The translations under genes were made by a program, and so were the position numbers. A DNA stretch of 64,000 nucleotides from Patescibacteria group bacterium (GTDB taxonomy: Bacteria; Patescibacteriota; Saccharimonadia; Saccharimonadales; JAZKJC01): positions 1,457-65,456 of the forward strand of contig JAZKJC010000001.1 in assembly GCA_040384565.1 (NCBI GenBank). The letters are read 5' to 3'. The notes under the pieces were generated by a model. It was not told the DNA's origin. It ran no database searches and saw nothing but the letters and a program-made list of their open reading frames with translations. Positions 36,915 through 44,940 of the stretch are shown one piece after another; the first letter of the stretch is position 1; each line of letters opens with the position of its first letter.

Positions 36915-38754
36915 TTTTACGTTTACGGAAGCTACCGTGAGCTCTAAGAGCGTTGAATATAACAACTACATCTACGAGTTCTTGAATAGCGGCACCATGA
37001 ATTGGCTTAAAGCGTCCCGTAGAAAACACTACCATCAATCCCAAGCTCATAATAATGCCTCCCAATATACTCTGTTTAGCTATAAAGAACGTACGCTTAG
37101 CAATTACTGCGCCGGTGGCTACTTTGCTAATATCGTCCTGCATAATCACTATGTCAGCAGATTCACTAGCCGCGGTTGATCCGCGTGCTCCCAATGCAAT
37201 TCCAACGTCAGCCGCAGTCAAAACAGGCGCATCATTAACGCCGTCCCCAATAAATGCGACTGGCCTGTTCATAGCGCTTTCCAGTGCTCTGATTTTGTCG
37301 CCGGGCAGACAATCGGCTATGACTTTTTCTATGCCGAGTTGTTTAGCGACTTTATTAGCAGCAGCCAGATTATCTCCGGTTACCATCAGAGTATGTCGAA
37401 TGCCCAGGCCTTTTAGCTGCTTGAGCATGTCTTTGCTCTCTGGGCGAATTTCGTCTACAAAGGTGATAACTCCTGCCAGCTGCCCATTTACGGATATATA
37501 AGAAGCAGTTTGATTAGATGACTCTTGCTTAACGGAAGCGGGTATTTTAACTTGGGACTCTTGTAAATAAGATAATCTGCCAACTAGAACAGTCTTGCCT
37601 TGAATGCGTCCGCTCAGTCCCTGTCCAGAAGTTTCATTAACATGCTTAGCTCCGTTTAGTTTGGATTTATGCTTTTTGGCTTCTTCTACAATTGCCTGTC
37701 CTAGAATATGATTAGAGCTTTGCTCCAGCTCCGCGGCGTAAACCAGAACATCCTGTTTGCTAAATCCATTGTAGGATTGAATGACATCAACGGAAGGACT
37801 ACCTTTGGTAAGGGTGCCGGTTTTATCAAATGCTACGGTTTGTACAAGCGCTAGACGTTCCAGCGCGCCACCTGTTTTGACTATGATACCGTGTTTTGCG
37901 GCTCTGCTCATGCCACTAATTAACGCGATTGGTGCGCCAAGCAACAACGGGCATGGCGTGGCTACGACAATAACTTCCAAAAACCTGATAGCGTCACCAG
38001 TTACTGCCCAAACAGATCCGGCAATCAAATAAGCAAGAATGGTAAAAGGGATGCTATAACGGTCCGCTAACCTTATAAATGGCGCTTGTGATGAAGCGGC
38101 TGTTTTAATAAGCTTGATAATTTGCTCGTACTGGCTGTCGGCAGCTGAGTGCAAGGCTCTTACAGTAACGGCACTTTCCATGTTTACCGTCCCACTTAAT
38201 ACCTGATCACCGACTTGCTTAGTAATTGGTAAGCTCTCGCCGGTGAGATCTGATTCGTCAAAAGATGATACGCCATCTATAATTTCACCATCAACTGCTA
38301 CTACTTCGCCAGGTTTTACGACTACTTTGTCACCAACTGTTATTTCACTAACTTTGACTTCAATTATCTTGGTACCCTTAAGCAAATGGGCTTTTTTTGG
38401 TTTGCGGGCAAGTAAGCTACTCAGTTCTTTTTTGGCGCGGTGCTCCGCGTAATCTTCCAGTGCCTCACCACCAGTCAGCATAAGCACAATGACCATGCCA
38501 GCCCAATACTCGCCTAAAATAACAGATGTAATAATAGCCGTAGCCGCCAGGATATCGACACCGTATTTACCGCTACGCAAGTCTTCTATCATGCCCCAAA
38601 GCAAAGGTATTACGTTGATGGTTGCACTAAGGCCAAGCACCCAGTGCGCAGCTGTATCATGCCCGGTTAAATCAAGTATCAAGCCAGCAACTATGCTTAT
38701 TAATACAAAACCGAACTGCCTGTAGTGTTTAAAAAAATTTATGATTTTTTTCAA
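36895..38754 (-). CDS. P1B-type heavy-metal-translocating P-type ATPase without an N-terminal metal-binding domain
   Basis: AFDKTGTLT, TGDN and GDGVNDAP motifs. The TM metal motif is ATPCPL (TPCP). TTG start. 619 aa. Confidence 0.85.
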   Translation of the reverse strand: MKKIINFFKHYRQFGFVLISIVAGLILDLTGHDTAAHWVLGLSATINVIPLLWGMIEDLRSGKYGVDILAATAIITSVILGEYWAGMVIVLMLTGGEALEDYAEHRAKKELSSLLARKPKKAHLLKGTKIIEVKVSEITVGDKVVVKPGEVVAVDGEIIDGVSSFDESDLTGESLPITKQVGDQVLSGTVNMESAVTVRALHSAADSQYEQIIKLIKTAASSQAPFIRLADRYSIPFTILAYLIAGSVWAVTGDAIRFLEVIVVATPCPLLLGAPIALISGMSRAAKHGIIVKTGGALERLALVQTVAFDKTGTLTKGSPSVDVIQSYNGFSKQDVLVYAAELEQSSNHILGQAIVEEAKKHKSKLNGAKHVNETSGQGLSGRIQGKTVLVGRLSYLQESQVKIPASVKQESSNQTASYISVNGQLAGVITFVDEIRPESKDMLKQLKGLGIRHTLMVTGDNLAAANKVAKQLGIEKVIADCLPGDKIRALESAMNRPVAFIGDGVNDAPVLTAADVGIALGARGSTAASESADIVIMQDDISKVATGAVIAKRTFFIAKQSILGGIIMSLGLMVVFSTGRFKPIHGAAIQELVDVVVIFNALRAHGSFRKRKIRALKS

Positions 38755-39024
38755 TGGGTTAACCTCGTTTTATGCAAACAGTATACTAGACTTCTTCGGA
38801 AATAACTCTCCAGCCAAAAAACGCCCTTTTTGCCCCAAAACTTCCAAAAATTTTTGACCGTATCCAGATACGCTAAAAAATTTGTTGAAACTTTTGGAAC
38901 AAAAATCATCGTTTTTTCATCTGGGTTCTTATTTCCGAAGAAATCTACTGGATTTACGCAAAATCACCCGTTTTCAGGATTGCCAATTAATCTGCAGGCG
39001 GATAAGCTTGCTCCGAAATTTACG

Positions 39025-39624
39025 TTACTCATTAGCGAATGGTTTAGTCTTTAATGAAACAATTGTAATGGCAATAATCCACACATGAAACCCAATGGCT
39101 GGCAAAGCTTCTCCTAATGGCGCAACGCCCTCTGTAAAAGTAAACAAGCCTATGCCGACAATAAATGTTAGTTGCTCCAACCTAAGTAGCCTTTTATACA
39201 AAACAAAATGGGAACTGTTTTTTTGAGCGTAAGCAAACGCGTTGATAAGTAGTGGGAGAGAAAAAGCTAGGGTAAAGGCGGCGATGGTGTGTACTAGCTT
39301 ATAGTTGCTGGCTTTGCCAAAAGGCGTAACGGCGGCAATTATTTGCCCAGCTTGCCCGATGAGAAAATACAGCAGAAATCTGTTTTTAAGTTTGTAGGTA
39401 TGTCTCACATAAAAAGCAAAGTGTATAAACAAAAATGCGCTTAGTAGCAACGAAAAACTAAATAGTTGTGAGGTCAAAGGATCAACACCAAGGTAGCTAA
39501 TTGGACGTGAATCAACCAACCCCAGACCGGCGCGTCGCATAGCAGTTGTTATTCCTGCCCATAGAACAATTACTCCAATAACTCCGCTGCAGCACTGGAA
39601 TACTACAGATGCCTTTTTAAGCAT
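39025..39624 (-). CDS. polytopic membrane protein of unknown function
   Basis: 199 aa with about 6 hydrophobic helices. Confidence 0.55.
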   Translation of the reverse strand: MLKKASVVFQCCSGVIGVIVLWAGITTAMRRAGLGLVDSRPISYLGVDPLTSQLFSFSLLLSAFLFIHFAFYVRHTYKLKNRFLLYFLIGQAGQIIAAVTPFGKASNYKLVHTIAAFTLAFSLPLLINAFAYAQKNSSHFVLYKRLLRLEQLTFIVGIGLFTFTEGVAPLGEALPAIGFHVWIIAITIVSLKTKPFANE

Positions 39625-39635
39625 TTATATTTTGT

Positions 39636-40397
39636 CTATCTCGTCAGTGGAATATTAAATACGCTGCTTCCACCCAGATACTGAGGCATCTTGCCGTCCC
39701 ACTTGTCGATAGCATATTTCTGGAGTAGTTCGGGGCTTAAGCTTGTCTTTTGGGCATTCTGTGCCTGTGCATCCAGATTAGCCCTCTCAAGATTAAAGTT
39801 AGCCCGCTCTGCTTCCTGCGCCGCCACTTGCTTGGCTTCAATAGCGTTTGTAAATTCGGGGCTGAAACTAAAGTCGGTAATAGAAAGATCCTGTACCACA
39901 ATCCCATAGCGTTCCAGCCGTTTCACCAGCTCATTAAATGCGTCGGCTTTAACAGCTGGACGGTCAGTGATTAGCTGCGTAGCATCAAACTTTGCCGTAG
40001 CGCCTTTAAATACTTCCTGAACTGCTGGGTCAATCAACTTTTCTTTGTAGAACACGCCTACAGTTCTGTGAATCTCGCTTACCTTTCCAGCCTCAAGCCG
40101 ATAGTTAATAACCAAGGTGGACCTGACATCTTGAAGATCTTTTGAAGCAGCTGCGGCTTGAGTTTCTTCCTTTAAGACTTTAATGTCATAGCCATTAGCC
40201 TTGTCTACTGGATTTTTAAAGTGAAAGCCCTCTCCTAATTCCTGCCCGGTCACTTTTCCAAACCGTGTCATGACAGCAATTTTACCCGTCCCAATCGTAG
40301 CCGTAGACGCAAAAAACAGCCAGATCAAAAGAATTAATAATGCAACCCCAATCACCACCTTTTTTACCAACTTGTCAGATATTGTACCTGGATTCAT
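39636..40397 (-). CDS. SPFH/band-7 (prohibitin/HflC-like) membrane protein
   Basis: N-terminal TM helix, then IAVMTRFGKVTGQELGEGFHFKNP and a C-terminal A/Q-rich coiled coil. Confidence 0.8.
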   Translation of the reverse strand: MNPGTISDKLVKKVVIGVALLILLIWLFFASTATIGTGKIAVMTRFGKVTGQELGEGFHFKNPVDKANGYDIKVLKEETQAAAASKDLQDVRSTLVINYRLEAGKVSEIHRTVGVFYKEKLIDPAVQEVFKGATAKFDATQLITDRPAVKADAFNELVKRLERYGIVVQDLSITDFSFSPEFTNAIEAKQVAAQEAERANFNLERANLDAQAQNAQKTSLSPELLQKYAIDKWDGKMPQYLGGSSVFNIPLTR

Positions 40398-40485
40398 AGT
40401 TCCTCACTTTCTGAAATCTACTATAAACCACTTTGATCGAAGTGAGAATTAATTCAAGGCTTTATCGAATACTTTTTGCTACTAA

Positions 40486-40746
40486 CTAATAGCATTGCTT
40501 GAAGCAGATTGCAAAAAACATGGCAATAAATCTAATCATACCAACCAAACCTACTATCAACAGCCCAGCAGTAAATAAAAACTTACGAGAGGTACTTTGA
40601 TGGCTTAATTTTTCTCGCGGTTTCCAGATGGAGCATATTCCATAAATGAATACAGCCAAAAGTGTAATTCCCAAAAACATAAATATTTCATCAAGATATT
40701 TATACAAGTCCATAAGGTCATCGTACCACATTAAATTAAAAGGCAT
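40486..40746 (-). CDS. small membrane protein
   Basis: 86 aa with two TM helices. Confidence 0.45.
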   Translation of the reverse strand: MPFNLMWYDDLMDLYKYLDEIFMFLGITLLAVFIYGICSIWKPREKLSHQSTSRKFLFTAGLLIVGLVGMIRFIAMFFAICFKQCY

Positions 40747-40820
40747 TTAATAATGCCTTTGGTCATATATCTAGTAGGTCGAACGACTGGGATAGCATAT
40801 CCGCTTTTTACTATAAAACT

Positions 40821-40895
40821 TGGGGTGTCCGAAGGGAATCGAACCCTCGTGATCACCTCCACAAGGTGACGTTCTACCATTGAACTACGGACACC
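40821..40895 (-). tRNA. tRNA-His (anticodon GTG) with encoded G-1 and CCA
   Basis: Minus strand: G-GTGTCCG...TCACC-TTGTGGA-GGTGA...GAGGG-TTCGATT-CCCTT-CGGACAC-C-CCA. Confidence 0.9.
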
Positions 40896-40970
40896 AAATT
40901 ATTTCGCTTCGTTTTGACCAACTGTCTATCGGCCAAAGCTTTGCAACAGCGGAAGCTACGTCCGCCTTAG

Positions 40971-40987
40971 AACAGGGGTGATTATAC
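40971..40987 (-). promoter_or_regulatory. putative tRNA-His promoter: TATAAT followed by a GC-rich discriminator
   Basis: Minus strand GTATAATCACCCCTGTT. 16/17 nt identical to the box upstream of tRNA-Gly/Arg. Confidence 0.55.
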
Positions 40988-41037
40988 GTGTTCCAAATCT
41001 TTTTTACCAGAGCTCTTTGCAATGATTAAAAGCAGAG

Positions 41038-41460
41038 CTAAATCAAGAGCTCTATTTCTTTTAAATGGAGCACAAAAAACTCTGTCTCTTCTTTCCGGCT
41101 CAAAATGTCCGGGACCTCAGAGAGATTTACCCATTCGGCAGATAGAACATCGTCCGCTACTGGGCTTAACTTTTCTTGCCTAGTAGTACACAAAAACATA
41201 TGAATGTGTTTAGTGACAGATGGAGTATGAGAATTCTCGGCGGTGTAACCAGGTCGAATCAGGACGCCGAGCTCCTTGTGTATTTCAAATTCAGTAAGAC
41301 CGCTCTCTTCAGTTATTTCTCGTCGTGCTGTATCAATAGGTTGTTCGCCAGCTTTCTGGGATCCCTTTGGAAAAGTTATGGATCCAATCTCATTAGTAAC
41401 GACTAAAATTTTACCCAAAGAACTAATGACAATTCCGCCCGCAGAGTTAGTACGCTTCAT
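41038..41460 (-). CDS. NUDIX hydrolase
   Basis: Nudix box GSQKAGEQPIDTARREITEESGL. 140 aa. Confidence 0.85.
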   Translation of the reverse strand: MKRTNSAGGIVISSLGKILVVTNEIGSITFPKGSQKAGEQPIDTARREITEESGLTEFEIHKELGVLIRPGYTAENSHTPSVTKHIHMFLCTTRQEKLSPVADDVLSAEWVNLSEVPDILSRKEETEFFVLHLKEIELLI

Positions 41461-41488
41461 AAGTGAGTGTTTATCTATTGATTGTACG

Positions 41489-41565
41489 TGGTACCCCGGA
41501 CAGGATTCGAACCTGTGACCTTAGGCTTAGAAGTCCTCTGCTCTGTCCAGCTGAGCTACCGGGGC
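41489..41565 (-). tRNA. tRNA-Arg (anticodon TCT), CCA encoded
   Basis: Minus strand GCCCCGG...loop CTTCTAA...ACAGG-TTCGAAT-CCTGT-CCGGGGT-A-CCA. The anticodon stem has only 3 Watson-Crick pairs (GAGGA/GCCTA), so the call is slightly uncertain. Confidence 0.75.
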
Positions 41566-41566
41566 T

Positions 41567-41641
41567 TGGTGCGGGATACCAGAGTCGAACTGGTCTCCGT
41601 AGTTTGGAAAACTACTATATTAGCCGATATACGAATCCCGC
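41567..41641 (-). tRNA. tRNA-Gly (anticodon TCC), CCA encoded
   Basis: Minus strand GCGGGAT...GTAGT-TTTCCAA-ACTAC...ACCAG-TTCGACT-CTGGT-ATCCCGC-A-CCA. Separated from tRNA-Arg by 1 nt. Confidence 0.9.
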
Positions 41642-41702
41642 TTATTATCTGAGCTTGTCGAAGGAGTGCGCTTAAGCTTTCACGGGTATACCCGCTTAAC
41701 TT

Positions 41703-41723
41703 AACAGGGGCGATTATACCACA
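41703..41723 (-). promoter_or_regulatory. putative promoter of the tRNA-Gly/tRNA-Arg operon (extended -10)
   Basis: Minus strand TGTGGTATAATCGCCCCTGTT. Confidence 0.6.
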
Positions 41724-41861
41724 CCTGCCACAGCGATAGAGATTAGTAATAGGATGCAGCTAAAAGGGAAAAAAGCAGCCCGAGAGTTCGGGTTTCCCGA
41801 ACCCCGGCGCGATGAGAAAAACCGTAGGCCTGCCTGCCGGTAGGCAGGTTTGTCTCATGGT

Positions 41862-43388
41862 TTACAGCTCGTGCATAACACTGATTTGGGCGCCAAGGCT
41901 GTTGAGGCGTTCGGCAAAATCTTCGTAGCCGCGATTGATTGAATAGACATTTCTAAGGGTTGACACGCCAGGTGCCGCCAGCATTCCTAGTAGCAGCAAA
42001 ATGGCCGGGCGCAGAGCAGGCGGGCAGACAATATCAGCCGCGCTAAATTTAGTTGGGCCGTCAATGTAAGCGCGGTGCGGATCGGCCAAAGTTACGTTTG
42101 CGTTGAGTTTGCGCAGCTCCGTGTAGTAAAGCGCCCGTTCTTCATAAACCCAGTCATGTATTAGCGTACGGCCCTTGCAAGCAGCAGCAATGACTACAAA
42201 TAGCGGCAAATTATCAATGTTTAAGCCAGGATATGGGCGGGCATATATTTTTTCTTCAAGGGCGGTGAGCTTGCCGTCATGTTTATGAACCGTTATGTCC
42301 GACAAATTGGTATAGCCATTCTCCGCCTTATAGTAAGGGGTTACATCAGTTGTGAGCCCCATCTTTTTAAGTTTCAACAGCTCTAGCTCAAGGAATTCAA
42401 TTGGTGCGCGGGTGATAGTTATCTTGGAGTTTGTGGTTACCGCCGCAGCGATAAATGTCATGGCTTCAATAGGGTCTTCACTTGGACTATAAGTAACATT
42501 TTTCTTAATCTCTTTCACCCCGCGAACCCGCAGCGTGCTTGTGCCTATACCTTCGATCTTTACACCAAGCTTTTTAAGGAAATAGCAAAGGTCTTGCACC
42601 ATGTAATTGGCGCTGGCCATTTTGATAACAATTTCTTCCTCGAATTTGCTGACTGCCATGAGCACGTTTTCTGTCGTAGTATCACCGGATTCATATAAAA
42701 CAATTTGCGGGGCGGCGTGTTTATTGACTTTTACGTCATAGAATCCACTTTTGGCTACAATATCTACGCCCAGCTCCTCTAGCGCGAACAAGTGAGGCTG
42801 GACGGTTCGGCTACCAAGCTTGCAGCCACCCGCATAAGGAATCTTGAACTCCTTGAAAAGATGCATAAGTGGGCCTAGCAACATTAGTACGCTGCGAGTT
42901 TTACGGGCGGCGTTGCCATCCATTTTGTCGAGTTGGAGCGTAGCTGGTGGCTTTATCTCCAGATCATTTCCAGGTAACCAACGAATATGTACGCCAATGC
43001 TAATGAGCACCTCAACTAACCGGTTTACTTCTTCTATTCGTGGCATGTGCTTAAGTTTAGTTGTGCCTTTATTGAGCAGGGAAGCCATTAATAAACACAC
43101 TGCGGCGTTTTTAGAAGTTTTTGTTTCTATAGTGCCTTTCAGCTCATGCCCGCCCTCTACTTTAAGGTTAACCGCCCCACCACTTATGCTAATCAACGGC
43201 TTTTTTAATACATCGCTAATACGGCCAAGTGTTTCAAGGCTAAGGTTTTGGTGTCCATGTTCGATTCGGTTTACGGCACTCTGGCTTGTACCAAGCTTGC
43301 GGGCAAAGGCTGCTTGGGTAAGGCCTCTCTCTTGTCTTATCTGGTAAATTAAATGGCCAATTTTCTCGTTTGTTGTTTGCATTATCAT
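41862..43388 (-). CDS. murA: XRE-type HTH domain fused to UDP-N-acetylglucosamine 1-carboxyvinyltransferase
   Basis: N-terminus IRQERGLTQAAFARKLGTSQSAVNRIEHGHQNLSLETL, followed by a full MurA (KNAAVCLLMASLL, active-site loop YAGGCKLGSRTVQPH). Candidate starts are 43403 (GTG), 43388 and 43382. Confidence 0.85.
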   Translation of the reverse strand: MIMQTTNEKIGHLIYQIRQERGLTQAAFARKLGTSQSAVNRIEHGHQNLSLETLGRISDVLKKPLISISGGAVNLKVEGGHELKGTIETKTSKNAAVCLLMASLLNKGTTKLKHMPRIEEVNRLVEVLISIGVHIRWLPGNDLEIKPPATLQLDKMDGNAARKTRSVLMLLGPLMHLFKEFKIPYAGGCKLGSRTVQPHLFALEELGVDIVAKSGFYDVKVNKHAAPQIVLYESGDTTTENVLMAVSKFEEEIVIKMASANYMVQDLCYFLKKLGVKIEGIGTSTLRVRGVKEIKKNVTYSPSEDPIEAMTFIAAAVTTNSKITITRAPIEFLELELLKLKKMGLTTDVTPYYKAENGYTNLSDITVHKHDGKLTALEEKIYARPYPGLNIDNLPLFVVIAAACKGRTLIHDWVYEERALYYTELRKLNANVTLADPHRAYIDGPTKFSAADIVCPPALRPAILLLLGMLAAPGVSTLRNVYSINRGYEDFAERLNSLGAQISVMHEL

Positions 43389-43427
43389 AATAGTATATCT
43401 CACAGGGTATAATAATCAAATCAACAT

Positions 43428-43450
43428 ATTCCAAGGCCGGGCCTTGGAAT
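43428..43450. repeat. REP-related palindrome ATTCCAAGGCC-G-GGCCTTGGAAT
   Basis: Perfect 11+1+11 palindrome that shares TTCCAAGG...CCTTGGAA with the RAYT-flanking palindromes. Confidence 0.8.
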
Positions 43451-43547
43451 ACTTGGCGCAATTTATTTAAATGGGATAGAATACATGGATGATTTAGCGA
43501 AATACTTGTTTACAGAACTTTATTAACAAGTATTTTAGGAGTTTATT

Positions 43548-44813
43548 ATGAACGATACAGAAATTGAAGAATTGATAGCATCAGAAGTACGGCGCCAAAG
43601 CGAGGGGCTAGAAATGATCCCAAGTGAAAACCATACATCGGCGGATGTGCTAGCGGCATTAGGATCCCGCCTAACTGATAAGTATTCAGAAGGCTATCCG
43701 GGCATGCGCTATTACGGCGGTTGTGAGTTTGTGGATAAGGTAGAAAACGTAGCGCGTGATCGAGCTAAAGCATTATTTGGCGTAGATCACGTCAATGTGC
43801 AGGGATATTCTGGCTCGCCAGCTAACCAGGCCATATATTTTGCGCTAGTTGATCCTGGAGATACCGTAATGGGACTTCATTTATACTACGGTGGTCATAT
43901 GACACATGGGCTAAAAGTTAACTTTTCAGGAGTTTATTACAATTCTGTTCAGTATCATACTGGCAAAGACGGTTACCTTGATTACACGGAAATGGAAAAA
44001 ATGGTCAAAGCCGAAAAGCCAAAATTACTAATGGTTGGAGCGACAGCATATCCTAGGATTTTTGATTGGCAACGTTTGCGTGCGATTGCTGATTTATGCG
44101 GGGCGTGGCTGGTAGCCGATATTTCACATATATCCGGCTTGATTGTAGCTGGGGCACATCCCTCCCCGGTAGGCATTGCTGATGTAGTTATGACTACTAC
44201 ACATAAAACACTGCGTGGTCCACGCGGTGCATTGATAATGTGTAATGGTAATCTTTCTAATCCACTCAAAAAGCCGGAAAGAACAAAAGAAAACCTACCA
44301 TCTCTAATAGACCGGGCTATAATACCGGGCTTGCAGGGTGGTCCACACAATCACCAAACTGCGGCTATTGCAGTGGCACTTAAGGAGGCTTCTACGCCTG
44401 AGTTTAAGACTTATGGTCAACAGATCGTCAAAAACGCCAAGAAGCTTGCCGAGGGGCTATTATCAAAAGACTATAATTTAGTAACCGGCGGGACCGATAA
44501 TCACTTGATATTAATCGATCTGACTAATAAAGATATCAGCGGCAAGGAAGCCGAGAACGCGTTGAGCCTGGCAGGCATTACGGCAAATAAAAATACGGTA
44601 CCGTTTGATCCAAGGTCTCCATTTGACCCATCTGGCCTAAGGCTGGGCACTCCAGCATTAACCACGCGTGGAATGAAAGAAGCAGAGATGGAGCAAATTG
44701 CTAAATGGATTGACCAAGCAGTGAGCAATCGTACTAATGAAAGCTTGTTAGGTAAGATACACATGGAAATCACTGAGTTTACTAAACAGTACCCTCTTCC
44801 TAGAAATACTTAA
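43548..44813 (+). CDS. glyA: serine hydroxymethyltransferase
   Basis: LEMIPSENHTS, TTTHKTLRGPRG (PLP lysine), 421 aa. Confidence 0.97.
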   Translation: MNDTEIEELIASEVRRQSEGLEMIPSENHTSADVLAALGSRLTDKYSEGYPGMRYYGGCEFVDKVENVARDRAKALFGVDHVNVQGYSGSPANQAIYFALVDPGDTVMGLHLYYGGHMTHGLKVNFSGVYYNSVQYHTGKDGYLDYTEMEKMVKAEKPKLLMVGATAYPRIFDWQRLRAIADLCGAWLVADISHISGLIVAGAHPSPVGIADVVMTTTHKTLRGPRGALIMCNGNLSNPLKKPERTKENLPSLIDRAIIPGLQGGPHNHQTAAIAVALKEASTPEFKTYGQQIVKNAKKLAEGLLSKDYNLVTGGTDNHLILIDLTNKDISGKEAENALSLAGITANKNTVPFDPRSPFDPSGLRLGTPALTTRGMKEAEMEQIAKWIDQAVSNRTNESLLGKIHMEITEFTKQYPLPRNT

Positions 44814-44888
44814 CACGTTAAGTATAGCAACTATCTTAAGCTAATCCATAGCGCTCAGATTCAAATAATACTTAACGTGTTAAGTATT
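44805..44888. repeat. 21-bp inverted repeat pair (each arm itself near-palindromic) in the glyA/murB convergent gap
   Basis: AATACTTAACACGTTAAGTAT at 44805-44825 has its exact reverse complement at 44868-44888. The first arm overlaps the glyA stop codon. Confidence 0.8.
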
Positions 44889-44940
44889 ATGCATACGCAA
44901 AGACTTTAATCCATCAAGTACTTTATTTTACGAAAGTCCT

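Noticed and set aside
38830-39088. Two overlapping plus-strand ORFs (74 and 68 aa) in the gap upstream of the P-type ATPase
   Set aside because: No SD, odd composition, and they overlap the 3' end of a good minus-strand membrane-protein gene. The region is treated as regulatory or non-coding.
41651-41664. The 14-mer GAGCTTGTCGAAGG occurs near tRNA-Gly and again near tRNA-Lys (63544-63557)
   Set aside because: A single shared 14-mer is within chance expectation for all-against-all comparison of 64 kb on both strands (order of 10 expected). Its positions relative to the tRNAs also differ (upstream versus downstream).
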